DNA of 64,000 bases from sequence record ON528737, one strand, 5' to 3'. The DNA comes from Shigella phage ESh27. Positions within the stretch are counted from its first letter, which is position 1; the number at the start of each line of letters is the position of its first letter. This document shows, one piece after another, positions 21,187 through 29,701 of this stretch. Below the pieces are notes generated by a model. It did not search any database and was not told the origin of the DNA. It was given only the letters and a program-made list of their open reading frames with translations. The translations under genes and the position numbers were made by a program.

Positions 21187-21384
21187 ATGTCTCGCGAATT
21201 AGATTGTGCTGTACGTACGGCAGTAGCTGCTCTGGAAAACCTGTTCCAGATTGCAACCGAAGAGCGTGAAGAAGTTACATTGTGGATTGAAGATAACGCA
21301 GGTCTGAATCTCCAGGACGCGATCTCATTATCCAATAATAGCATTACTGTTCAAGGCTGGGTATCATCTAGTTATTCTTGCTAA
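21187..21384 (+). CDS. small protein, C-terminal GWVSSSxxC family, paralog C
   Basis: Ends ...TVQGWVSSSYSC. Confidence 0.6.
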   Translation: MSRELDCAVRTAVAALENLFQIATEEREEVTLWIEDNAGLNLQDAISLSNNSITVQGWVSSSYSC

Positions 21385-21388
21385 AACA

Positions 21389-21425
21389 GTTTACAACAAG
21401 ATAGGGCTATGTTATAGTAGTCCTA
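21389..21425 (+). promoter_or_regulatory. early promoter cassette (GTTTAC / TATAGT / TAGTCCTA arm)
   Basis: Same core as the 13675 cassette with one arm mismatch. Confidence 0.5.
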
Positions 21426-21446
21426 TCAAATTAAATGGAGTCCACA

Positions 21447-21686
21447 ATGATTTATTACGAAAGTATCGGAACCGAAGTAGTTGCTAAAACTATTACTCGT
21501 GAAAGGTTTGCAAAGATATTCGATATGCGTTATAAAAAATCTGAACACAAAGGCATCCGATTCGAAGATGCGCACTGTACAATTTGTCCTTATAATGAAG
21601 ACATAAACGGTACAATCGTTCCGTTGGTAGAGGCTTCACATGATGACCTCTGGGATGAATATAATATCGCATGTCGTGAAATTTAA
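21447..21686 (+). CDS. hypothetical protein
   Basis: GGAG then ATG at 21447. Confidence 0.55.
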   Translation: MIYYESIGTEVVAKTITRERFAKIFDMRYKKSEHKGIRFEDAHCTICPYNEDINGTIVPLVEASHDDLWDEYNIACREI

Positions 21687-21711
21687 GTAATCTAAATTTG
21701 AGGAAATTATT

Positions 21712-22668
21712 ATGATGTTAGTTATTGGTTCTCGTGCACTTCACTATCACGGCCTTATTGATTCTAGCGCTATCAAAAATAGTGATTGGGACTTTATTGC
21801 GGACCAAGGTTCTTGGAATGCATTCAAAAATCAAATGATGGGTGTATATGTTCACCAAGATAACCCTGATGTCCAAGTTTTCAAATGCTTCCATAATGGA
21901 CGCGAAACTCATTTTGAAGCATATATTGTTCCGGCAATCACTAATGTCCGTGAATTAGTCGGTGAACTCACTCCTGAAGATTTCACGTCTTCTTATGACC
22001 TTTTAAAATATGCCAAGAAAAATTTGACTAAAGACCGTTTGAACGGGTTTTACTGGGCAACTCCTGAGATGTGCCTTGCAATTAAGATGTCCCATCGTTT
22101 CAAGAAAAATAATCCATTCTTTTTAAAGACTATGAACCATATTCAGTATCTTCGTGGTAAAGGTGTTACACTGAACGATGAACTTACTGAAATTATGCTG
22201 AAACGCCAGAAAGAAACCTTGAACTATGCCCACCCAGTTCTTGACACTTCTAAAAGCGCATTCTTTAAAGATGACATCTATACATATGACCATGATACTA
22301 TTCACGAAGCCATTGCACTAACAGACCGTCCAGCGTATACATTTTATATGAAAGATGGTTCTGAAGTCATGACCTCACGCGAGAAGTTCGAATCATTACC
22401 AGAAATGGTCAAATTGGCCGGTGTATACGAAGAATCATGTGTACTAGCATTAGAACGTTCTCAGATTCCTAATGACTTTAAAATTAACCCTGAAGCCAGT
22501 TTCATGATGGCATTAGAAAAAGTCTGTACAAGCATCACCTCGGGTTGGTTCCGTGAGTATGCCTGGGAAAACTACAGCAAAGTAGTAAGTATGTACCAAA
22601 GCTTAGGACATGATGATTACGTCAAACGTTTCAAACAAAATTTCCATATGGTAAAACCTTTCAAATAA
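21712..22668 (+). CDS. hypothetical protein, possible nucleotidyltransferase fold
   Basis: 318 aa; N-terminal IGSRAL...SDWDF resembles a loosened GS...DxD motif; assignment weak. Confidence 0.6.
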   Translation: MMLVIGSRALHYHGLIDSSAIKNSDWDFIADQGSWNAFKNQMMGVYVHQDNPDVQVFKCFHNGRETHFEAYIVPAITNVRELVGELTPEDFTSSYDLLKYAKKNLTKDRLNGFYWATPEMCLAIKMSHRFKKNNPFFLKTMNHIQYLRGKGVTLNDELTEIMLKRQKETLNYAHPVLDTSKSAFFKDDIYTYDHDTIHEAIALTDRPAYTFYMKDGSEVMTSREKFESLPEMVKLAGVYEESCVLALERSQIPNDFKINPEASFMMALEKVCTSITSGWFREYAWENYSKVVSMYQSLGHDDYVKRFKQNFHMVKPFK

Positions 22669-22680
22669 CTTCACAAAACT

Positions 22681-22717
22681 GTTTACACAATTATAGGACT
22701 ATGTTATAGTAGTCCTA
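22681..22717 (+). promoter_or_regulatory. early promoter cassette with perfect palindrome TAGGACTA-N8-TAGTCCTA
   Basis: GTTTAC 22681-22686, TATAGT 22705-22710. Confidence 0.5.
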
Positions 22718-22738
22718 TTAAAACATGAGGAGAATATT

Positions 22739-23044
22739 ATGAAATTATCCGAAACCAACCGAATTGGCCTTTTAACGATACTTACATCACCTTTTTATGC
22801 TGTGCTTTCTGTTGCAGTATTACAAAAGGCCTATGGCATGGACGGTGTTCCTGGTTGTGTATTTTTATCACCATTTTTGTTATTCGTTGGTGCTCTGTTA
22901 TTATACGCGACAACAGGTTTCGACCATAATGTTTGGGTCAAGTTTAAACGTAGATTAACTGAAGAAGAACACGCTGAAGCTCGTAAAAAAGCTATTGAAT
23001 CAACAGATTTAGAAAATTTTGTTAAAGAATGTCGAGGAAAATAA
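22739..23044 (+). CDS. membrane protein
   Basis: 101 aa, two hydrophobic helices. Confidence 0.6.
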   Translation: MKLSETNRIGLLTILTSPFYAVLSVAVLQKAYGMDGVPGCVFLSPFLLFVGALLLYATTGFDHNVWVKFKRRLTEEEHAEARKKAIESTDLENFVKECRGK

Positions 23045-23045
23045 T

Positions 23046-23732
23046 ATGAATAGTTCTAAAGTGTTTAATAGTCAAGCTCGTGCAGTAGGTGGTTTTGCTC
23101 ACGATATTAAGAATGACGAAATCAAAAATGAACCTATGTTCTTTAACTGTGATTTGAGTTTTGCTTGGGATAATGGTGGCCCAATCACTCGTAGCTTTAT
23201 TGCCAATCTCCCAATTGATTGGACTAATCAACATGTTGTATTCGATTCTCGGGTTCATATGCTGATGCCTGGTTGGTATCCTGCTATTCCTGGTTATCAC
23301 CATGACGATGTACCACGCCCAGATATTCCAACAGGACAACATTTTATTACTGCAGGACAACCTGATTATGACAATCCTCGCTATTTGTCTGAACATATTC
23401 TTGGTCTTGTTAACGCTGATGTGTGTCCTACTCATTTTGCAACAGGAACTGCAGAGTTCAGTCAGATTCCTGATGGCGAACTTATCTATCGCCAGTGGCA
23501 CAAAGAAGTCCTCGAAAAAATTGAAAAAGGTGAACTAGAGAAATGGGAAGCTCCAGATCGTACTCTTCTTCAGTTTGATTGGCAAACATGGCACACTGGT
23601 TCTCGTGCAATTAGTAACGGATGGCGTTGGTTCGGACGTGTATCTCGTAATACAGACCGAGTTAAAAAGATTACCAATGAAATTCGTGTCAATGCTCAAG
23701 TTTATCTGGAATTCCCTATGGAAGGCTGGTAA
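23046..23732 (+). CDS. hypothetical protein (His/Trp-rich)
   Basis: GAGGAAAA then ATG at 23046; 228 aa. Confidence 0.6.
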   Translation: MNSSKVFNSQARAVGGFAHDIKNDEIKNEPMFFNCDLSFAWDNGGPITRSFIANLPIDWTNQHVVFDSRVHMLMPGWYPAIPGYHHDDVPRPDIPTGQHFITAGQPDYDNPRYLSEHILGLVNADVCPTHFATGTAEFSQIPDGELIYRQWHKEVLEKIEKGELEKWEAPDRTLLQFDWQTWHTGSRAISNGWRWFGRVSRNTDRVKKITNEIRVNAQVYLEFPMEGW

Positions 23733-24223
23733 TGATTAACAAAACATATTGGTCTAATATAGACGATGGCAACGAAGGTATTTCGTACTATTCAGTGGAT
23801 TGGACAGGATGTCCATCCTACTTAGTGAAACGTATTTGTCAAGAATTTAAAATCGACCAGCCAGCAGGTATTATCGTGAACAGATACATTAATGGATATC
23901 AACCTATCGATGAAGTAATAAGAACAACTCAAGCCGAGCTTGAAAAGTTTTTCAATAAGTGCCAATGGATAACAGGATGGATTATATTTGTACCGTCGGT
24001 ATGGTTTTTTAGTACTAAAGTAAGTGCCTTTGCCATACCAGATATTATCGCTATATTATTAGCATCTACTATCGTAAGTATTATTGGTGGTATTATTGGT
24101 GGAGGTACTATAGGCATCATTATTAATCTTGTTAAAAGTAGTTTACAGGAACGTAAAGACAAGATAAAGGCCAAGAATAATGAAGTTGAACGTTTTATTA
24201 CCGAATGCAGGAATTTGAGATGA
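23732..24223 (+). CDS. membrane protein with glycine-zipper segment
   Basis: IIGGIIGGGTIGIII hydrophobic Gly-rich helix. Confidence 0.6.
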   Translation: MINKTYWSNIDDGNEGISYYSVDWTGCPSYLVKRICQEFKIDQPAGIIVNRYINGYQPIDEVIRTTQAELEKFFNKCQWITGWIIFVPSVWFFSTKVSAFAIPDIIAILLASTIVSIIGGIIGGGTIGIIINLVKSSLQERKDKIKAKNNEVERFITECRNLR

Positions 24224-24456
24224 GTATAGCAATTTACATTAAATCAGAATCGTGTGATAGTTATCTGTACACATATGATAAAGATGTGTCAGAAGAAAAA
24301 ATCAAAGACGATCTTAATATGGACCTTGATTTGTTCCGTCCTATTGCAGATTACAAACTTGCGGTCTCTAATAGTGAAAGTCCATCTAAAGAAACACGCA
24401 TTGAAGAATTTATGTCCGAATTAATGGCCAAATCATGGGACCGAGATGATGAGTAA
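24220..24456 (+). CDS. hypothetical acidic protein
   Basis: ATGA start/stop overlap with upstream gene. Confidence 0.5.
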   Translation: MSIAIYIKSESCDSYLYTYDKDVSEEKIKDDLNMDLDLFRPIADYKLAVSNSESPSKETRIEEFMSELMAKSWDRDDE

Positions 24457-24904
24457 GAAAAATAAAGTGAAAGAGCTATCAGCCGGTATTATTTTCCTTA
24501 CCGAAGATAAAGAGTTATTCATGGGCCGTGTAACTGGTTCTCGTCCTAAAGGTTCTTTAGCTCATCGGTGGGATATTCCTAAAGGCCGTGTCGAACCCGG
24601 CGAATCTCCTATCGAAGCCGCTATTCGTGAATGCGAAGAAGAAACTGGGTTTACACAATATGACCCTGCCTTCCTGAAAGACCTAGGTGAACATCATTAC
24701 TCAGACAATAAGAATATTCATCTGTTCCTATATACCATCCCTGTAGAGCACGAGCAATTCAGAAACAGTGTTTGTAATTCCTATCATACATTCCCGGACG
24801 GACGACAGATTCCTGAATTTGATGCATTCGCTTTAATTAAACCTTCTCAATGGGAATATGTGATGGGCAAATCATTATATAAGGTGCTCACTACCATCCT
24901 ATAA
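24446..24904 (+). CDS. nudE: Nudix hydrolase NudE
   Basis: Nudix box GRVEPGESPIEAAIRECEEETG; 152 aa; adjacent to gene e. Confidence 0.85.
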   Translation: MMSKKNKVKELSAGIIFLTEDKELFMGRVTGSRPKGSLAHRWDIPKGRVEPGESPIEAAIRECEEETGFTQYDPAFLKDLGEHHYSDNKNIHLFLYTIPVEHEQFRNSVCNSYHTFPDGRQIPEFDAFALIKPSQWEYVMGKSLYKVLTTIL

Positions 24905-24910
24905 GTAATA

Positions 24911-24938
24911 AATACCTCCTATAAACGTGGGAGGTATT
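24911..24938 (+). promoter_or_regulatory. hairpin pairing the lysozyme SD with an upstream arm; late-promoter-like TATAAACG in the loop
   Basis: AATACCTCC (24911-19) / GGAGGTATT (24930-38) inverted repeat. Confidence 0.5.
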
Positions 24939-25427
24939 ATGAATATATTTGAAATGCTTCGTAATGACGAAGGTCTTAGACTGACTTTATACAAAGACAC
25001 CGAAGGCTTTTGGACGATTGGCATAGGCCATTTGGTAACAAAGGACCCGTCTTTAGCCGTAGCTAAAGCTGAACTTGATAGAATGATCGGTCGTAAATGC
25101 AACGGTACAATTACCCTTGATGAGGCTGAAAAGCTATTTAATGAAGATGTTGATAAAGCCGTTCGCGGAATCTTGGGTAATGCTAAACTTAAACCGGTAT
25201 ATGATTCTTTAGATGCAGTTCGTCGATGTGCATTGGTCAATATGGTCTTCCAAATGGGTGTAGCAGGCGTTGCTGGTTTTACTAATTCTCTTCGTATGCT
25301 TCAACAGAAACGTTGGGACGAAGCGGCAGTAAATCTAGCCCAATCTAAATGGTATCGTCAGACACCTAATCGCGCGAAACGCGTAATCTCAACATTTAAA
25401 ACAGGAACTTGGAAAGCGTATATATGA
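24939..25427 (+). CDS. e: endolysin (T4 lysozyme)
   Basis: MNIFEMLR...DEAEKLFN...[22 protein letters not shown] matches T4 lysozyme. Confidence 0.96.
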   Translation: MNIFEMLRNDEGLRLTLYKDTEGFWTIGIGHLVTKDPSLAVAKAELDRMIGRKCNGTITLDEAEKLFNEDVDKAVRGILGNAKLKPVYDSLDAVRRCALVNMVFQMGVAGVAGFTNSLRMLQQKRWDEAAVNLAQSKWYRQTPNRAKRVISTFKTGTWKAYI

Positions 25428-25705
25428 AAACATATAGTGAATTTTTATCAGAATCTATTCTTAACGAAGCTACTGACACATTTGCAACTAAGCTAGGTGC
25501 AGCTTTGGTTGAAGCTGAAAGTCTATTAGCACGTATTTCTGAACTTGCTAGTAAGATAGATACTCGCAAATTTGAGCGCACCAGTGATATCGTTAAGCTT
25601 GAAGCACTGTTGCGTATGTGCGATAAACCAGAAGAAATCGCTAAGAACGGCTCGCTGATGAAACAACGTCTTGAAAAATATATTTCAGGCGCTTCAGAAA
25701 AATAG
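25424..25705 (+). CDS. internal-protein-like protein with CTS
   Basis: N-terminus [11 protein letters not shown]; ATGA overlap with gene e stop. Confidence 0.7.
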   Translation: MKTYSEFLSESILNEATDTFATKLGAALVEAESLLARISELASKIDTRKFERTSDIVKLEALLRMCDKPEEIAKNGSLMKQRLEKYISGASEK

Positions 25706-25706
25706 T

Positions 25707-25760
25707 GTTTACTTCCTCCAAGGACTTTGATACTATACATTCATCAACTACTTGGAGGAA
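25707..25760 (+). promoter_or_regulatory. early promoter inside a 10-bp inverted repeat that includes the denV SD
   Basis: GTTTAC 25707-12, TACTAT 25731-36; arms TTCCTCCAAG (25714-23) / CTTGGAGGAA (25751-60). Confidence 0.55.
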
Positions 25761-25763
25761 ATT

Positions 25764-26177
25764 ATGACTCGTATCAATTTAACACTTGTTTCTGAACTGA
25801 CTGACCAACATCTTATGGCTGAGTATCGTGAATTACCACGCGTATTTGGTGCAGTCCGTAAACATGTTCAAAACGGTAAACGTGTAAAGGATTTTAAAAT
25901 CTCTCCGACATTTATCTTAGGCACGGGTCACGTAACATTCTTTTACGACAAACTCGAATTTTTACGTTTACGTCAAATCGAGCTAATCACTGAATGCTTG
26001 AAACGTGGTTTCAAAATCAAGGACACGACAGTCCAGGATATTTCCGACATCCCTGCCGAATTTCGTAATAATTATGTCCCGTCCGAAGCGTCCATTGCGA
26101 TAAGTCAAGCACGCTTAGATGAAAAAATTGCTCAACGTCCGACTTGGTACAAATACTATGGTAAATCAATTTACTAA
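25764..26177 (+). CDS. denV: endonuclease V (pyrimidine dimer DNA glycosylase)
   Basis: [34 protein letters not shown]... matches T4 DenV. Confidence 0.96.
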   Translation: MTRINLTLVSELTDQHLMAEYRELPRVFGAVRKHVQNGKRVKDFKISPTFILGTGHVTFFYDKLEFLRLRQIELITECLKRGFKIKDTTVQDISDIPAEFRNNYVPSEASIAISQARLDEKIAQRPTWYKYYGKSIY

Positions 26178-26183
26178 GGAAAA

Positions 26184-26444
26184 ATGAAAATGTATCAAGA
26201 ATTTATCACTGAAGCAGATGCCAAAGGTCCTAAATTTAAAGTTAAAGCTTTCATTGGTGATGCGGAAGACTTTGGCTCGTTAAAACGTAATGGGTATTCT
26301 TTCTTAGGTGGCGATGGTAAAGAAATCAACACCTATGCAAAACGTAGTGAAATTGCTTATGTTGTAGCAAGCCCTAAAGTAGATGCTGACGATATTGGAT
26401 ACGATTTTAACAACTTCGGAATTATTTCTGGCGGTAAAGCTTAA
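26184..26444 (+). CDS. internal-protein-like protein with CTS
   Basis: N-terminus MKMYQEFITEA; 86 aa. Confidence 0.65.
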   Translation: MKMYQEFITEADAKGPKFKVKAFIGDAEDFGSLKRNGYSFLGGDGKEINTYAKRSEIAYVVASPKVDADDIGYDFNNFGIISGGKA

Positions 26445-26446
26445 AT

Positions 26447-26478
26447 TGTTTACGCTTAAGTATTAATATGGTATAATT
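26447..26478 (+). promoter_or_regulatory. early promoter (GTTTAC / TATAAT)
   Basis: Followed by the CTATCAAAACAA leader motif. Confidence 0.45.
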
Positions 26479-26507
26479 ACTCTATCAAAACAAACAAGGA
26501 AACAAAA

Positions 26508-27086
26508 ATGAAAACATATAAAGAATTTATCGCCGAGGCCTTTGCAGGAAAAGTCCAAGGCATTAATAAGGACGAGTGGAATTATCGTGGCGGAAACGGC
26601 TTTGACCCTAAAACTGCTCCTATTGAACGGTACTTAGCTACAAAGGCTTCCGACTTTAAAGCCTTCGCTTGGGAAGGACTTCGCTGGCGTAACGATCTAA
26701 ATATTGAAGTTGATGGTCTTAAATTTGCTCATATTGAAGATGTTGTTGCTAGTAACTTAGACGCAGCTTTTGTTAAAGCCGACAGTGACCTTCGTCGCTG
26801 GAATTTAAAACTGTTCTCTAAACAAAAAGGCCCGAAGTTTGTGCCTAAAGCAGGTAAATGGGTCATTGATAATAAATTGGCTAAAGCTGTCAACTACGCT
26901 GGTCTTGAATTTGCCAAGCATAAATCATCATGGAAAGGTCTTGACGCAATGGCTTTCCGTAAAGAATTTGCCGATGTTATGGCTAAAGGCGGCTTTAAGG
27001 CAGAAATAGATACCTCTAAAGGTACGTTTAAAGACGCTAATGTTCAGTACGCTTACGCCGTTGCTAATGCAGCCCGTGGTAATTAA
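26508..27086 (+). CDS. internal-protein-like protein with CTS (IPIII-sized)
   Basis: N-terminus MKTYKEFIAEA; 192 aa. Confidence 0.7.
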   Translation: MKTYKEFIAEAFAGKVQGINKDEWNYRGGNGFDPKTAPIERYLATKASDFKAFAWEGLRWRNDLNIEVDGLKFAHIEDVVASNLDAAFVKADSDLRRWNLKLFSKQKGPKFVPKAGKWVIDNKLAKAVNYAGLEFAKHKSSWKGLDAMAFRKEFADVMAKGGFKAEIDTSKGTFKDANVQYAYAVANAARGN

Positions 27087-27088
27087 TA

Positions 27089-27110
27089 AGGCCTATACTT
27101 AGGCCTATTT
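27089..27110 (+). terminator. terminator-like hairpin
   Basis: AGGCCT-ATACTT-AGGCCT then ATTT, directly after the stop codon. Confidence 0.4.
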
Positions 27111-27264
27111 ACATTCAACTAAAATGGGAACAACCTGGACCTCATTATTCTATGAGGGATTCCCGCCAACCTGTAATAAGGTCGAGCCCAAGTGCGGTAA
27201 TGGGTAAATACAGAAACGGACAAGTCATGCGCCATGGAATGGCCCAAACCTTAAGAGAAATAAT

Positions 27265-27804
27265 ATGAGAACATTTTTAACTGGACCTTATCTATCCCTG
27301 ATGAATGCTTTTACACACCATTCTGATGCTAGAGTAGAAGAAATTTGTAAGAACGGTTATACCCCACCATTTGAAGATGTACTCAAGCAGTACTGTACAC
27401 TTCGTTTAGACGGCGGCAGACAATCAGGTAAATCAATTGCTGTGACTAACTTTGCTGCTAATTGGCTGTATGATGGTGGAACAGTTATTGTTCTTTCTAA
27501 TACTTCAGCTTATGCTAAAATTTCTGCTGGCAACATTGAAAAAGAATTTTCGCGTTATTCTAGCGACGATATTCGATTCCGTTTATTTACTGATTCTGTT
27601 CGTAGTTTTATTGGCAATGAAGGTTCTAAATTCCGTGGATTAACGCTTTCTCGTATTCTGTATATAATTGACGAGCCTATTAAAGCTCCTGATATGGATA
27701 AGATTTACAATGTCCATATTAAAACAGTCCAACACTGCTGTAAAAGCAAATATTGCAACGGCGGTATTGCTCGTCCTCAATTTTTTGTGATTGGAATGCA
27801 ATGA
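27265..27804 (+). CDS. small P-loop NTPase
   Basis: Walker A GGRQSGKS and Walker B ILYIIDE. Confidence 0.6.
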   Translation: MRTFLTGPYLSLMNAFTHHSDARVEEICKNGYTPPFEDVLKQYCTLRLDGGRQSGKSIAVTNFAANWLYDGGTVIVLSNTSAYAKISAGNIEKEFSRYSSDDIRFRLFTDSVRSFIGNEGSKFRGLTLSRILYIIDEPIKAPDMDKIYNVHIKTVQHCCKSKYCNGGIARPQFFVIGMQ

Positions 27805-28109
27805 TGACCACTATTGAAGTTTTTGAGTATTGTTATAACAGCCCAGTATGCAATAAAAGGGCTCTTGTAGAAAATTACGAGATTTACCATTTTAAACCTA
27901 AACGATATCGTTTGACTAAAGGTCCGTTCGCAGGGCAGCAGGTTCTTTGTACTGCTCCTAATGCACGGTTGATGACTAGTATTCCACATTTCAAAATGGA
28001 ATTTATTGATGGGCCATTTAAGGGATTAATCACTCAAAGTTTAATGGCGTTTAATTCCGACCCATTTTTGATTAAAGAAAAAACTTGGATAAATTTATTT
28101 TCTAATTGA
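27801..28109 (+). CDS. hypothetical protein
   Basis: ATGA overlap with upstream gene. Confidence 0.5.
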   Translation: MMTTIEVFEYCYNSPVCNKRALVENYEIYHFKPKRYRLTKGPFAGQQVLCTAPNARLMTSIPHFKMEFIDGPFKGLITQSLMAFNSDPFLIKEKTWINLFSN

Positions 28110-28115
28110 GGTTAT

Positions 28116-28478
28116 ATGAAAGCATATCAAATTCTTGAAGGTGCACATAAAGGCACTATTTATTTTGAAGACGGTACTCAAGCCCGGATTATTGTCTCTA
28201 AGACTTTTAAAGAAGACGCTATTGTAGACTCAGAAATTTTCTACGGTTTGAATGCCCGTGAAATTGAAATTGAACATCAACCTAAAGTTAAAATTGAAGG
28301 TGGTCAACACCTGAACGTTAACGTTCTGCGTCGTGAAACTCTGGAAGATGCAGTTAAGCATCCGGAAAAATATCCGCAGCTGACCATCCGTGTATCCGGT
28401 TATGCAGTTCGCTTTAACTCTCTGACTCCGGAACAGCAGCGCGACGTTATCGCTCGTACCTTTACTGAGAGTCTATAA
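28116..28478 (+). CDS. autonomous glycyl radical cofactor (GrcA/YfiD-like)
   Basis: C-terminus ...[60 protein letters not shown] with the RVSGY glycyl radical motif. Confidence 0.85.
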   Translation: MKAYQILEGAHKGTIYFEDGTQARIIVSKTFKEDAIVDSEIFYGLNAREIEIEHQPKVKIEGGQHLNVNVLRRETLEDAVKHPEKYPQLTIRVSGYAVRFNSLTPEQQRDVIARTFTESL

Positions 28479-28702
28479 TGGCTAAATTGATTATAGAAGG
28501 GTCTGAAGATGTTTTAAAATGTTTTGCCGCCTGGTTTAGTTGCTCAGGCGAGCAATCATTCATTGAAGCATTTAGAATGGGTGATATTACTGGAAACTAT
28601 CCGACAACTGATATCACTGTACGTGGATACGGTATTAATGAGCCTATCCAATTGGTCGAATATGACCTTGCCACCGATGAGGAAATTCCTTATGTCGATT
28701 GA
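28478..28702 (+). CDS. hypothetical protein
   Basis: 74-aa ORF; overlapping alternative-frame ORF 28524-28958 not preferred. Confidence 0.45.
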   Translation: MAKLIIEGSEDVLKCFAAWFSCSGEQSFIEAFRMGDITGNYPTTDITVRGYGINEPIQLVEYDLATDEEIPYVD

Positions 28703-28958
28703 AGACATCAAAGGCTACAAGCCGCATACCGATGATAAAATTGGTAAAGTGAACGCTATTAAAGATGCTGAAGTCCGTCTTGGATTGTTGTTTGATGCTC
28801 TGATTGAAGAAGCATATATCTTGAAAGAAAATGAAACAGAGCAACAAACCAAAGAAGATATGGATGCAGTGCAGGCTCTTAAGTATGCTAAGCAACATCT
28901 AAAAGAAGCCAGCATGTGGGCATGCCGCGCAGTATTTCGACCTGAGGAAAAATACTAA
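28692..28958 (+). CDS. hypothetical protein
   Basis: ATG at 28692 overlaps upstream stop. Confidence 0.45.
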   Translation: MSIEDIKGYKPHTDDKIGKVNAIKDAEVRLGLLFDALIEEAYILKENETEQQTKEDMDAVQALKYAKQHLKEASMWACRAVFRPEEKY

Positions 28959-29173
28959 TGGCTTCTACTATTACTGGGTTATTGGACTTCCAGGAAAAGG
29001 TCAACAAAATTTGTAGTGAATACTTAAAGTATCTTGAAGAAGACCTTGAAGATTGTAAAGAAGAAGGCGAAGAAGACTATGCTGACCAGCGTCGTCGCCA
29101 AATCGAAGAGATGAGGCATTTCGCCGATATGGTATCTAAAGAATCTTGGGCTTTAACTCCATTTTATCAATAA
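28958..29173 (+). CDS. hypothetical acidic protein
   Basis: 71-aa ORF. Confidence 0.5.
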   Translation: MASTITGLLDFQEKVNKICSEYLKYLEEDLEDCKEEGEEDYADQRRRQIEEMRHFADMVSKESWALTPFYQ

Positions 29174-29177
29174 AGTA

Positions 29178-29228
29178 GTTTACTTCTCCTCTAGTTGTGT
29201 TACTATAGACCTGTCAACTAGAGGAGAA
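29178..29228 (+). promoter_or_regulatory. early promoter inside a perfect 14-bp inverted repeat that includes the regB SD
   Basis: GTTTAC 29178-83, TACTAT 29201-06; arms TTCTCCTCTAGTTG (29184-97) / CAACTAGAGGAGAA (29215-28). Confidence 0.55.
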
Positions 29229-29234
29229 ATCAAA

Positions 29235-29693
29235 ATGACTATCAATTCGGAAGTTTTTATCCGCCGTAATAAACTCCGTCGAATCTTTGAAACGGAGTTC
29301 CGCAAAATAAATGCCGGTATAAAAGATGCTGCAAAGTCTCTTGGACTACCAGGCTTTCATATCAAGTATTCTCAACATCTCTTAGATCGTGCCATCCAGA
29401 GAGAAATAGATGAGAATTACGTTTTTGAATTATTTCGTAAAGTAAAAAATCACGTTAAAGAAGTTGCAGAATTTTTATCAATGCCGGCACGTCCAGATGT
29501 TGATGAAGATTTTGTCGAAGGTGTCGAATATCGCCCAGGCCGTTTAGAAATAACTGATGGAAATCTTTGGTTAGGCCTTACAGTTTGTCGCGAAAATCCG
29601 GCATTCAAAATGAAGACTCTTCAATGTAGAATGGCTATTATTAACAGTAAACGACTACCAGGAAAAGCTTCTAAAGCAGTGATTAAAATCTAG
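29235..29693 (+). CDS. regB: RegB site-specific endoribonuclease
   Basis: MTINSEVFIRRNKLRR...LDRAIQREIDE...RMAIINSKRLPGKASKAVIK matches T4 RegB. Confidence 0.92.
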   Translation: MTINSEVFIRRNKLRRIFETEFRKINAGIKDAAKSLGLPGFHIKYSQHLLDRAIQREIDENYVFELFRKVKNHVKEVAEFLSMPARPDVDEDFVEGVEYRPGRLEITDGNLWLGLTVCRENPAFKMKTLQCRMAIINSKRLPGKASKAVIKI

Positions 29694-29701
29694 AGGTAAA
29701 C

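Noticed and set aside
28524-28958. 144-aa ORF in an alternative frame
   Set aside because: Overlaps the 28478-28702 ORF out of frame; the downstream part is better explained by a separate gene starting at ATG 28692
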